From the IMG/VR virus record IMGVR_UViG_3300025084_000007, positions 1 to 64,000 of that record: a stretch of 64,000 nt of DNA. One strand, given 5' to 3'. Shown here piece after piece: positions 7,868-22,800 of this stretch. Every line of letters starts with the position of its first letter. The stretch's first letter is position 1. This stretch comes from a virus. The notes under the pieces were generated by a model, which saw only the letters and a program-made list of their open reading frames with translations, made no database searches and was not told where the DNA came from. A program made the translations under genes and the position numbers.

Positions 7868-10800
7868 ATGGATATCAATAAGGTTTCAAACGTCTCCTCG
7901 TATCAAACTCCTCAGTTTATAGAGAGTGAGTATCCCCTATTCAATAAATTTATTGAATACTATTACCAGTCTCAAGAAAAGACTGGATTAGGACAAAATA
8001 TCGTCAATAATTTTCTTCAATATCTTAATATTGATAAGTTGGATATCAGTATTCTTGATGGTGCTAGTAAACTTGTTGAACCTATTAGTGTAACTGATAC
8101 AACAATTACTGTTGAGACTGTAGATCCTTTCCTTGAGAAAAATGGTTCTATTCTAATTGGTGATGAAGTAATTTACTATGAGAAGACCGTATCTTCTCCA
8201 AACATCGCATTAACCCCTGGTATTTCTTATCCTCAGGTTCAACTTAAGTGGGTTTTGCTTGCCAACAATATGGGAGACTTTGATGGTACGAGAACCATCT
8301 TCCCTTTAGTATCTCAAGATAATCCTATTGGTCCTTCTTCACCACAACACCTTATTGTAAAAGTTTACGGAAAAACTTTAACTCCAGTAGTAGATTATAC
8401 TATTAGTGGAACTAATATTGTTTATGAAACTGCTCCTAGGACAGCATTAGCTTCTGATGATATCAGTACTACTAGTATCACATATTTAAATGGTTTTAGC
8501 GAAAATTCTATTGTAAAAGTTGATGATGTTTCTACTGCTTTTGGTGATAACAAAACTACGTTTGAACTGACTGTCAATAACCAAAAGTATGAACCTGTTG
8601 CAGATGAGTTCTTACTTGCCATTTATGACAATAGACTACTTGTACCTAAGGTAGATTATTTTACTGATGGATCTATTTTTGTATTCAATACACCACCATT
8701 GAATGGTAGATCTCTATCTTTATATTCAATTGAGGCACCCATTCCATCTTTTGGTTCTGGTGCTATTGGATATGCTAGGGTAAATGATAATGGAAATATT
8801 AGTTCTGTAATCCCAAGTACCAATGGTTCTGGGTATAGATTCGATTATCCTCCTAAGGTTAGTGTAAACTCTAGTGTAGGTTCTAGTGCTTCTGTAAAAA
8901 CACTGGTAGATGGAATTAAGGAAGTTTCACTACTTAGTGGTGGTGCTGGATATAGTGAAAGTAATCCTCCCACTGTAAAAGTACAATTTCCCACAAAAGA
9001 GGGATATACAGAACCAACTTTAAAAGCAACAGTAACTAACGGAGAGGTTAGTGCTATTGACATTGTTAGTTCTGGTAGTGGATACACATTTACTCCTAGA
9101 ATCACTTTTGAACAACCTGGTGGTGCTACAGTTGCCGCTCCGACCATTTCTAACGGTTCTATTAGTGGTACTATTAGTATTACTAATCCTGGTCAAGGAT
9201 ATACTACTCCTCCTTTGGTGTACATTGACGAACCCACTGGAACTGATGGTATTAAAGCATCATTTACAACTGTATTGACCGATGGTGAAATTACTGCTGT
9301 AAATATTTTAAATGCTGGTCAAGGTTATGAAACTGTACCCAGAATTGCTGTTATTGATCCTGTTGGAGCACAAGTTCTCGAAACCATAGTTGATGGAGAT
9401 GGTAGAGTTATTTCTGTCGAACTTTTGTTTGGCGGTAGCGGATACACAGACGTTCCATCTGTGTATATTGTAGATAATCGCCAAAATGATGTTGGTACTT
9501 ACATTGGGGGAACAGGTGCTACTGCAGTAGCAGCAATCTTCAATGGACAAATCACTGATATCAATATCACCAACTTTGGTTCTGGTTATAGTGCAGATAA
9601 TCCTCCTCAAATTGTAATTCAAAAACCTGTTGATGCCAAAGCGTCTGCAGAAGTTGGACTACAGGAAGTTACAGGTTTCTCTGTTCTTAAATCAGGAACC
9701 GAATATACTAAAGCACAATTCCTTGGTTGTGCCAGAGCCGCTTCAGGTATTACTCAATATACGCAAGATGGTAATGCAGTATTCTCTAATAGCACTGTAG
9801 CAGCAGAAGGATCTGTTGATGCCCCTGTGAAGTGTCTAGATGCACTGTTTGTTAAGAGATTACTTGACAAGTATACTGAACAGTTCTTACCTGATGTTCC
9901 TGCACTTGATTATACTAAAATTGATGTACGAACATCGATTAAGACTATTAAAGACTTTTATTCTGCAAAAGGCACATCTTTTAGTATTGCATATCTGTTC
10001 AAACTTCTTTATGGAGAAACTGTAACAGTTTCATATCCTAAAGATCAAATCATCAAACCTTCTGCAGCAACCTGGTCTGTTGATACTGTTTTGCGTGCAA
10101 CTTTGGTCAGTGGTCTTCCTGAAAATATTCAAGATGGTCTTCTTGAGCAAGTTGCTGATATCTCAGATCCAAATATTTTACAAGCAACGGCATTGATTGA
10201 GAACTTTATCTCAATTCAAACTGCCCAAGATACAATCTACGAACTTGCACTTTCAGAAGAAACGATTCAAGGTACATTCGTAGTTCCATATAAAACAAAA
10301 CTTGCAGAACCTCTTAATACTACAGAAGGTATCATCACTGTTGACTCTACTATTGGTTGGCCAGAAAGAAACGGCGAATTTGTAATTTCAACAGGTGTTG
10401 GTTCTGAAGTTGTTCAATATAAAGAAAAATCATTAAACCAGTTTATTGAGTGTACTCGTTCTGTTAACGGTGTTGTAGAAGATTGGGACTCTGCTACTCA
10501 GGTATCGTCCAACTTTAACGTATTCATTAATAAAGGGACTGCTCAAGAAGTAGTATTGAATATTGTTGGTATTGTTGATGCTCAACAAACAACACTCACC
10601 GATACTGGTTCTTATTACTTACCAGGTGATAAACTATTAATCTCTAAATTGGGTGGTACTGGATCAGGTCCAGAACTCACAACTTGGTTGTATAATGTTA
10701 AAAAGTTGATCGAAGTAGGATCAATCACTTTTGGTGGAATTAATAATCAATCTGCCACTGTGACTTGTAACAATCCTCATGGTTTGTTAGTTGGAGACCA

Positions 10801-13800
10801 GGTTACGATTTATGGTGCAAATCCAATCGTTTATAACGGATCTTTCCTTGTAACATCCAGAGATAGTACTACTGTATTCCAGTATCAACTTCCTCAACCT
10901 GCAACAGTAGTTCCTCAAGGTAATATCCTTGTCTCTATTGATTTGAACAAAGGTAAGTCGGATAGTTCTGCAGTTAATAATGCAATTAGTCCTTATACAA
11001 CTAATATTCAGAATACATTCTTCAATACCACAAATACCTATATTGCATCTACAGGTATTCCAAACTATAATATTGGACCTTTCCCTGGATCTGCGTTACT
11101 ACCTGGCAACCAACGTAAATTAAATAGATTCCCAATCGTTCCTGTTACAATCTCAACCAAAAACTTAATTGTACCTGGTCCTATTGGAACATGGGTTAAT
11201 GGTGTCTCTATTTGGTCTTATAAGTCTGATGTCACTAAAATCTTTGGTTCTGTAACATCAGTTGATATCACTAATGCAGGATCTGGATATGATGCTGCAT
11301 TCCCACCAGCAATTACTATTAGTGGTGGTGAAGGGACTGGAGCAGCAGCAACTGCGACTGTTAATGGTTCTATTAGTGGGGTTACAGTAACTGAGGGCGG
11401 TTCTGGGTATACTTCCTCTCCATTGGTATCTATTGTTGGTGGAGGCGGTTCTGGAGCGTCAGCAACAGCAATTATCACAAAGGGTGTAGTTTCTAGTATT
11501 CTTGTTAACTCTGGAGGAACTGGATATACATCACAACCATCTATTACGGTTGTTGGTGGTGGGGGATCTGGTGCTGAGGGTACTGCAGCGGTTAGAGGAC
11601 CAATTCAATCAGTCACTATCACTGATGGTGGAGAATCCTATACATCTAATCCTTCTATTGTCCTTAGTTCTGGTACTGGTGCCGTTGCACAGGCAATTGT
11701 CAACGATGGTCGTATCATTTCAATTGCTATCATTTCTGCAGGTTCTGGGTATACTACAGCACCAGAGGTAACTATCCAAGGAGATGGTTTTGGTGCTGTT
11801 GCTAGAGCAACTATTGATGTTGACGGAGAAAATGCTGGTAAAGTTACTAGGATTGAAATTATCAATAGAGGTATTGGATATAGTCAAGGTACGACTATTA
11901 TCAACCTGAACTCTGTTGGTCAAGGTGCTACTTTTGCAGCAAATGTATTCCAATGGACTTATAACTTACAAGAGACGACAACTGTTGATGCCGCTAAGGG
12001 ATCTGTATTTGAGGGATTCAATAATCAGTATGGTGGAGAATATGCACACCTTTCCAATCCTCAACGACTTAGATATATTTTAGGTGATAACTTATTTGTC
12101 AATGTAAATGGACAAATTCTTGAGCAGGATGATCAGTTAGCACACTCTCCTATTATTGGTTGGGCATTTGATGGCAACCCAATTTATGGACCTTATGGAT
12201 ATTCAGATCCTACTAATCAGGCTTCTTCAGTTTCTAGATTGGCGACGTCTTTCAGATTAAAGACAAATTTAGTTTATGACGAGATTACTAATCCAACTCC
12301 TACCAGAACTGCTGGACCTCTCCTATCAGATGAGATTGCAGGTAAGTTTGTAGAAGATTATGAGTATACTTTCGGTTTAGGAGATCTCGATCAATACAAT
12401 GGTAGATTCTGTAAGACTCCAGAGTATCCTAACGGTAGATATTGCTACTTTGTAACTATTGATGCTACAGAGGCAGGCAATCCTGTATTCCCATATATTC
12501 TCGGACCAAGTTTTAACTCGGTTGTTGATACCTGGAATCTTTCTACGAGTGCTGTTCAGCAAAATATTCCTGTTGGTGTTGTTCGTTATCGCGATCCCTA
12601 TGAGAATGTAGATATTGATGTTGAGAGAGCACCAAATGCATCTACTAATGGATTGACATTGGAAAATGGAGATCTTCTAACCTTTGACGTAGAAGACGAA
12701 AATAGAGATGGTGTTATCACTGCAGACGAAATTGCAGATCCAGATCAAATCTTTGAAGAATCTCCATTACAACTGTTTGATTACTTCCCAACAGTAAAAC
12801 TGGACTCTAAGGTTGATATTGAAGTTGAAACTATTACTAAATTTGAGGATGCTTCAATTACAGGATTTGTTGTTGAAAATTCTGGTATCAACTATCAAGT
12901 AGACGATAGACTTATCTTTGATAATACAGATACTGGTGGCGATGGTGCTTCTGCACGAATTTCCAGAATTAAGGGAGAATCAGTTTCTGGATATACCTTT
13001 GAGAATGTTAGTGGTGATAATTTCGGAGTACTAACTACTAGTGTTCCACATAACTTACAACTCGGCGATTCCGTTTTTGTAGATTATACTCCTATAATGG
13101 ATAACACAAATAAATCATTTGTAGTTCGCCAATATAAAGGTATTGAAGAGATTGTAATTACACAATCTGGTTCTGGATATAACGAAGATATTCCTCCTTC
13201 TCTCATTATTGATGGAGATGGCGTTTCGGGAGATCTTGAAGCAATTGTTACTAGTGTCGGATCGATTGATACGGTAAATATTCTTAATTCTGGTTCTGGA
13301 TACAGTGCTAATCCTAGAGTTATTACTAGCCATCCTCAAGTATTCAAAAAAGCAGAATATATTGTTTCTAAAATTGAAAACAATGAGAATGTAAAAGTTA
13401 ATGATGTATTTGTAAACAGTGGTAAAGAAATTTTCATCTGTGGTAAAACTTTAGATTCTAGTGGCAACAGTGTTGCATTTGTTTCCAAACTTTCCACGAC
13501 AGGTGTTAAAGAATGGGAAAAAACGTTAGAACTTACTTCTGGAACCGAATATGCAGAGTTCCAGAAACTTTATGTTGATGGCGATGATATCTGGGTAGTT
13601 GGTGTCAACCGTCCAAATATCTTAGTTTTGGATGCATATAATCCAGATATCATTTTAGTGAAGTATACACAATCTGCCAATGGATTGAGTGCATCACTTC
13701 AGTTCCAAAAAGGATATTCAGGAATCTCTGGTTCTACTAGAGCTGATAATATTACATGTATTAAGAAATACTCAGATACTCGATATGTAATTGGAGGATT

Positions 13801-16800
13801 TACTAATACTAACTCAGGAAGTCCTTTTGATGCATTTATTGCTTTAGTTGATACTGCTGGTAGTTTTGCAATTAAGAGAAAAATTGCTTCTGTAGATGAT
13901 TCTGAAAAACTTACCGATATTGTTGTAAGTGGTGATGATATTTACTTCACCTTAGAAACTTCTAATACTATCAATGATAACAATGTTAATGTTGCCTTTG
14001 GTAAAGCACTTGTAGGAGTCAATGCAATTGAGATTGACTTTATTAAAGAGTATAGTAATGCTGGATATTCATTCTTAGATAGTAGTCTTGCTATTGATGA
14101 ATTTAATGAACTTTATATCAATGCCACACTTAGAGCAAAGAGTGATAATGTCACTAGAGACAGTGTTTGGGTTGGTAAAGTTGATGTTACTGGTGATTTT
14201 GTTTGGAACTACAGGTATCTTGCTCCAGGTAGAGATGTAAATGCTATTGGACAATGTGCTATCGATATTTTTGGCGATTTAAATATTGCTTTCAATAGAG
14301 TAGATAATACCACTGGTCTTAAAACTGTAGATACAGTTAAGATTGGATATGATGGTGTAGTCAAAAATCATACAACTAATGAGTTTAATGAGAATAGAGT
14401 TGTTGGCATTACAGCAAATGCTATGGATGTGGACAACTCTGGTGATGTATATGTCTTTGGTCAAACTTCATGGAACAGAAACGAATTTTTACTTGAGTTT
14501 ACTGGTGGTGCTACTACAGATACCTTTGGTAACTATACCCCGACGTTTGTTGGTAATGATGCAACACAGTCACTGCATTTAGATGGTGGACTTGCAAAAC
14601 TTTATGGTAGAGATATTGCAACTCCTGCTAATTGGGAAAATGCATATATTGAATTCCCCAACAACACCTTAGGCAATTCACTTAATGAAAACTGGACTTT
14701 AGAGTTCATGTTATATCAGGATTCTGCTTCTACTGATACACATAATCAAGATCAACAAACTTTAGTTGCTATTGGTGATGCTACCGATGCAACTGGTGGT
14801 CTCTGGTTGTATTATGATCGCACTTCAGCAGGTCCATCTGGAAAATTGGAGTTGGTTGTAACTAACAACACCACATCTATCAATTCTTCTAGCGGTGCAG
14901 TACAGTCTACGCTGTCTACAATGTTTGCTGATGATACTTGGCAATTTATTGGATTGAAGAAGGAAGGTAATGTATTTACAGTTTATGTAAATGGTATTAG
15001 TGTCATTACTGCTACTGTTGCTGATACATCCTTCACATCCAAGAAACTTTATATCGGTAATATTGCTGGTAGAGATGGAACACCTGGAAGTTACAGAAAA
15101 GATGAGCAAGGTCAGTATTTTGTAGATAATCTCAAACTGAGAAATCGTGCAATTGTTCCTACAGTTCCTTCTGACGTATCTGTTCTACCTACTAATGGTG
15201 CATTTGCTTTAAGTTATAGTTGGACTGATACAGCATGGTTCAGTGCATACAATGATGTATATGATTATATTGATTTTTCTGGTTGGGGTGTAAAAGTTGA
15301 TAAAGATGCTGATGCCGCAAGAATTGGTGATCAAGGTATTCAACTAACTACTCAACTTGGGTATGTTCGTACTGCAGTTACTCCTGTAACAGGTAGTGCC
15401 TTAACTATTGGTAATACAGGATTCGCTTTAGGTTCTTTAGGTCTTCAATCTTTAGATTTTGATGACGCATCAACTGTAATGGTAGAAGATACCGAAACAT
15501 TGACATATACTAAAGATATTTGGAGTACCAGAACTGCCACGATTCCTTCTCCTGGATCACAGAAACTGATTATTAGTGCAGTTGTTAAGGATAGGTATTA
15601 CTTTAAAATTACTGACACCGTTAAAATTGACAATGTTCAAATTTTAACTATTAATCAGGCGTTTAGATTCACTGTCGGTACAAAGTTAACTTTGAATGAC
15701 TCTAGTGGAGCTTTTGTCAATAGCGGTTATATTACAAAAGTTGATAATGAAAACAATAAAGTATATCTTGCAATTAATAACAATTCTTGGACTAATGACT
15801 TAAATGCGGGTCAACTTTCCACATCTCAATTTAGTGAGCAAGATACCTATGGTATTGTTGGACCAATTCCTCTTGATATCAACCAAATCGATTCATATAC
15901 ATTTGCTCAAGTAGATAATACTACTCCTGGAACTTTTACTATCGATCTCGACAAGTATAACTTGGATGGTACTTTCAATGCAGCAGGTGGTCAGAATCTA
16001 GATTCCTTTGCTCAGTTCAAACCATATTCCGACGATGATTATGCAGTTAGAATTGATGAAATCTCAGGATCTTCTACATTCATTGTAGGATCTGTAGTTA
16101 CTATAAACGGTGGAGACATTAGTTATAATGCTGCATACAGCACAGCAACTATTACTAATCTCACTGGTGTACTTAAGATTACGTTAGTTGCTAATCTAAC
16201 AAAGATTCTTAGAGTTACTGCTGTAGCAAATAGTGATGAAGTCTATGTCATCACAGGTACTAGACACTATTTGACTCCTGGATCTATGTTGAACTTGGAT
16301 GGAAATCCATCTGAAACTGTTGGTGGAACTGTTTATGATGAATATGATGGTTCATTCCCTGTAGATACTGTAATTAGTCCTCTAGAGTTCACATACAAAC
16401 TTCCACAGGCAGCAATTACAAGTCCTGCTACTAGTGCTAGTGATGTTAGCATCTACATCAAATCACCTGTTTTGAAAATGTATTATGGTCACCAGTATTT
16501 GTTTGACCTTAGTCACTCTTCAATGGTTGGTGGTAATTTATCTTTCGCAAAAGATCCTCTTTACAAACTTGAGTATTCATTCAACTCTATTGAAAGAGTT
16601 GGAATTCCTGGAGTAACTGGCGAAGGTGCCACTACACCTACCGTTAAGTTCAAAGTTGATGAAGATATTGTAACAAACATTTCGTACTACTTCGATCCCT
16701 CTAGGGTTGGTGACAACGATTCACCTATCATTCAAGGTAGTTATCTTGATGTTGTTGGATCTCCATATAGAGGAACATTCCAAGTTAGTGGTATTGATGG

Positions 16801-19800
16801 TGCAACTATTACTAGAGGAGCAGATCAGATCAAATTCCCTCTAGTAAATGAACCCGAAGGTAATGCTGACGTCTCTAGAGTATCTTATTCAACTAGTTCT
16901 AGAAGAGCAGTTGGTTCGATCGATAGCATTCGTATTGTTAATCCTGGTGGATTCTACACAAGACTTCCGATTGTTTCCAGCATTCAATCTACAAGACAGA
17001 TTGAAAGAGTTACCATCAACGAACCTGGTACTGAATATGCTGTAGGACAATATACAGGCGTTCCTATTGCTGGTGATGGTGAAGGTGGTTTCGTCACAAT
17101 TACAGTTGCTGATGGAACTGATAGCGAAGGCGGTGCAATTCCTGGACAAGTTCAAAGCGTTCTTGTTACATCAGCAGGAAAAGGATATACCACAGCATCT
17201 GTTGACATTGATTCTATACCAGGCATTCTTGGTGCTGGTCTAACTGGTTCTGGTGCTGAAGTTACTGTAGTCATCCCCCCATTTGGAACAGCGGCATCTA
17301 TCTTTACTGTAGGTTCTAGTGTTGGTAAGATCAAAAAACTGAAAAATAATAACTTTGGTTATGATTATCCCCATGACTATACATTACGTCCTGAAATTAC
17401 ATTCCCGATCAATGCACAGTTAACATCTACTAGTATTTTGGATAGTGTTACAGTCACTGATCCTGGTTCTGGTTATTCTCAGGCACCTGCAGTTATTATT
17501 ACTGGTGGTGGCGGTAGTGGTGCTATTGCCCAATCCACTATTAAGAATGGTCGTTTGGATAGGATTGAAGTTAAAGATCCTGGTCTTGGTTATTCGTCTA
17601 CACCAGCTGTAGAACTGAAATCTTCCTTTAACTATGTTGTTAACCTAGATTTGGGACTCTTACAGTTCTCCTTCCCACATGGTATTGCACAAGGTTCAGA
17701 AATTACTCTTAATGTAGTAGATACTGGCGATGGTGCAGATTTCCCAATCGCTGCTGGTGCAGTTGGTAGATTGAACGGTCTTACTACTTATTATGCAATT
17801 GCTGGAACGGCAAATTCTCTTGAAGATGATCAGTTAAAATTTGCGATTACTCCAGCAAACGCAGCACTTGGTGATGCATTAGCATTTACTAATGCTGGTA
17901 CAGGTCGTCAGCAAGTTCTTACAACATCTTTCGGTGGTGCAGCAACAGCAAATGTTATTACATCAACTTTCCTTGAGGGTGAGCAAGTTTATCAAGGCAG
18001 TTCCTTTGAAAATGCTACTGCATTTGGATTTGTCTCTACAAATAACGGTTGGCAAGTTGGACCTAGAATTGTAAAAATCGTTGATTACACTGGAGACTTC
18101 AACATCGGTGAATCTGTAACAGGTGTTATTTCTAAATCTTCTGGTACTATTAGTTCCTTGAATATCGCTACTGGTGTTCTGGATGTTGGATCTATTACAG
18201 AAACCTCTGGTCAATTTATTGATGATGTTGGTAAACCCTCTGAGATCATTCAGAAGATCCAAGACTCCTATTATTATCAGGACTTCTCTTATGCAGTTAA
18301 GTCTGCAATTTCAATCAATGATTGGAAAGATATTCTTATCAAGAATGTTCACCCTGCATCATTCAAAGTTTTTGGTGAACTTAATCTAAATGAGTATGGA
18401 TTTGTTCCTAATAAGGAAACATTCTTCCAACTGACAAAATCAGTTGAACTTGCAAGACAAGCAACTGTTCCAAATATTCAAAGTTTTGCTCTGGTTGAAC
18501 CTGTATATACTGCGTTCGATAATACTGAGGTATTGTTCCGTCAGAAACGACTGACTTCTTCGGAGAACATCTTAACATCAGTTGTTCAAAGACTTGACGA
18601 TATTTCTAATCTATTTGATGGTGAGAGAATTGCATTCCCACTACAAATTGATGGATCAAACGTTGTTGCAAACGCAAATCAGTTGATGATCATTTTGAAT
18701 GGTGTTGTACAAACTCCAGATACAGCATTTGAAGTTCAAAACGATTCTATTGTCTTTGCCGAACCACCTCAACCTCCTGCTAGTGTCAAGTATGTAAATG
18801 TAACTATTCAACCAATTCAGGTTTATAAATTTACAATCACTAATAATAGTGGTATTTTCCCAAGCACTAATAACACTGTCCTAGGAACACAGTCTGGATC
18901 AAGACTTACTGTTACTAGTGTTGTTGGTGATGATATCTTCGGTTTTATTGCCGAAGGTAATGTTGGTATTGTTACTGCACTTGATAATGCCACACTAACT
19001 GGTGGTGCTGGTTATACTGATGGAACTTATACAAATGTCTCTACAACTTCTAGTGGTGTCGGTACAGGACTTACTGTCAATATTACTGTTGCTTCTGGTG
19101 CTGTAACACAGGCAAGTATCAACAGTGTTGGTGTTGGATATGCATCCTCCGAAGTTATCACAATCACAGGTGGTACTACATCAGCAACTATTGCAGTCAC
19201 TAGTGTTAGTGGATTCAATATCAACGAACTGATCAGTGTTGGTGCAACTGGATTTACTGCAACTCTCACAGAAATTACTCCAATATCCAATCTCAATCTG
19301 TTTAGTTTCAATGAACAGATTAAGAATCTGACGGGTAAAATTGCTATAGTTGAAGAAGTTAACCTGGAAACAGGGGACGCTGTTCCTCTTGCAGATTTAA
19401 GATACACTATTGGTGCAGGAACAACTTCTATTGAAATTATTGCTTCTTCTGCACTCTATGATACTGCAGTTCCAGAAGGAGTATTTACTATAGGTGCTAA
19501 CTATCAACTGGGAGCAGAGATTGTTACTGTATCCGATGTTACAGTTGGACCCGATTCAACTACGCTGACTGTACAGAGAGGACAATTAGGAACAACTGCA
19601 ACTTCTCACCAAGAAGATCTGCCTGTATATGGTACTGACATTAATATTACTAATGAATTGGCATTGAGTAAGACCGTAGGTACATATCAGTCAAAACCTG
19701 GTCTATTCGATATTCAACTCGATGATGTCATTATTGGATCTCAGTCAGGTGTTGTTGCTAGAATTACCTCAACATCTGCATATCAAGATCCCGTCACAAG

Positions 19801-22800
19801 CGAGTTTATTGAACAGGTTAATATTTCTGATGGATCATCTTTCTTTGGTCTATTGTTCAACAGATTGACGTCTGCTTCATATCCTAATGTTATTCTTGAT
19901 AATATTTCCGAGTCTCAAGTAAATATTGTCGATTTTACCGATAACACTACAGACTTTGATGCCAAGTTCCCTGGAACTGAGTTTATTAGCAATTTAGTTA
20001 TCCCTTATGACAATGCTACAGGTACATTCCAAGAAAACGAAGTTATTCGCAACTACAAACTTGGATATGGCAATGTAACAGGCAGTTTCAACTCTGCTGA
20101 GGATATGGTCACCAAGAAACTTGCTTTTGATGGTAGAGTTGGGTCTGGATTCTTCCAACTCGGACAAGTCATTAGAACTCAAGATACTAAAGGTGAGGTT
20201 ATTGGATACAATCAAGCACTTTCCACAATCTATCTGGGTAAAGTAGGTAGAACTCTTTCTACTGGCGAAGATTACCATCAGGTTACTTTTGCGAACAATG
20301 CTCAATTAGATACCGATCAAAGTCATTATGGATTGACGTCTCTACTGCTTGACGGTACTGGAGATTATCTGTCTATCCCAACTTCTACTGAATTTGGTTT
20401 TGGTACGGGTGCATTTACAATCGAATGTTGGATTCGTCCTTCAAGCGTTACAGGAACTCAGCAAATCTTTGATTTTAGAGCGACTGCCACTGAAGTTTCT
20501 TCAGAACTGCTACTTGTAGGAACAAATCTTAACTACAGAGTTAACGGTTCTACTACAATCACTGGAACGGCAACTCTTGAAGTAGATACTTGGTATCATG
20601 TCGCTATCTCAAGAAATGCTGCTACAACTAAGTTATTTGTTAACGGAACACAGGATGGTGGAGATTTTGCTGATGGTGGCAACTACGGATCCACTAAACC
20701 AATCATCATAGGTGCCTCCTATGCCTTTGGAGACGGTTTCGCTGGTCATATCGATGAGTTCAGAGTATCTAACACTTCGCGCTATCAGACGACATTTACT
20801 GCCCCTACAGGAATCTTCCAGGGTGATGCTAATACTAAGTTACTACTTCACTTTGAAGGTGCTGACACTCAAACATACATTGAGGATTGGTCTGGTGGTG
20901 AGTCGTTTACAGACAACGAAGACTTCAACAACGATGCCATTCTCAAGAACTGGAATGAAAATTCCACAAATCTTCCTGCTGGATTCGCAGGTAAGTCACA
21001 ACGATATTATGATGCTGCCAACTTAATCGAATCTAATAAAGAATTCGTTGCTAAGGAAGCAGTTTACTTACTGACTCAACAGTATCCATCACTCGTAATT
21101 CCTGGTGGTAACGTAAATTGTGAAGATGATGTTCGCGATATCCTTACTGCTTTGATTGAGGATCTCCGTAACGGATGTAATAGTCACATCTGGGATGCTT
21201 CGGCATTGTATGTTGATAGAACTGTTAATCCTGTGACAATTAGTCATGTTGATACAGAAGTTACAGAAACTGTCTGGGCTTACGATAAAGTCAAAGATAT
21301 TCTTCAATATATCATCAATAATACTCTCTGGTCTGTTTCTGGCAGTCATGGCGTAAGACAAATCACTGATACCACAATTACTGATTCTTCAACATCATCC
21401 TTTACCACAATTCAACCATCAGCAATTTCGTATGATGCTGCTACTGGTGATATGGTTATGACATCAGGCGGTCATGGATTAACGACAGCAAATACAATCG
21501 CTATTGCTGCAGAGTCATTGACATTCACATGTGCCAGTGATGGTAATGAGAGAGAATTGGTTCATCCTCGTGTGAGTGATACTAGAGCATATAATCAGGT
21601 TCTTGCAATCACTGCGGTTACAACCGATACTTTCACTGTCAATGTCGGAGCATCTCCAACTGAGCAGCAGTATGGTCATACATTTGTAAGTGCATCTTCT
21701 AATGCGGTTACAGTTCTTGATTACAGTACAGGTGATTGTGCTGATGTATATTCCACGATTGGCAACCTTCTGGATATCCTTACAGATACCCTTGAGCAAG
21801 CAGATCTTGGTACTCCTGTAGATCACTTGGCAACTATCACTAAGGTAGAAACCAATTATGAATTTGTTGGCGCTACTGTAAATGCATTCCTCGAAGTTCC
21901 GTTTACCACCACATATCATAGTGCTGCTTCGGATATCTTATATACCAATAGGATTGACGTTTCTGCTCGTGGAAGATTCCGTGATGCTTCAAATCTTATC
22001 AATTCAAATGCTGCAGTTATTGTTGATAAAGCAGCACATGATATGCTCACTAGGTATCCAGATCTTGCTGTTGATATGCCTAGAAACGCTGCTGGTGGCA
22101 GCACCGATGGAACTCTTCGCTGTAAGACTGACTTAGGTCTGATCTTATCAGGAATGGCGAAAGATATTTACGATGGAGGAAACTTCTTCACTGTTCAGGC
22201 TGCTAACTTCTATATTGGTGAAAACGATGAACTTAGACATATTCGTCTGCAAGTATGGCAGTCGGTATATGCTCATGAGAGACTTGGATTCTACGCTAAG
22301 CAAGCAGTTACAGGCGATCTAACTTATGACAATACTGACAATATTATCGTTGGTGATTGGGGTATTACTAATGACGCAGGCAACTGTGCAAATGTCCAAT
22401 CCGCTATCGATACATTAGTTAGCACTATCAATGATATCATCGCTCCAACTAGCGAAGACTTCAATATTGCTGGTGACAGACTGTACTTCAACCGCGAATA
22501 TATTGCAGAAGAAATTACAGGTCTTACTGCAGCATATTTGACATATCAAGTCGATAACTCAAATCAAGTAGCATACACATATGACACTGCTAAGTGTGAG
22601 CGTGATATTAAGTTACTGATTACTGCAATCATCTCCGACCTACAGACAGGTGGTAATAACAGTACAGTTGATAACATGAATCTGTACTTAACTGCTAATG
22701 GAGAACTGAATCATGTAGAAGAAGAACTTCTTCCTACAGTATTTGCCTTTGAGCAGATTAGAACACTTGGTGAAAAAGCAATAAGAAATCTTCTATATGA

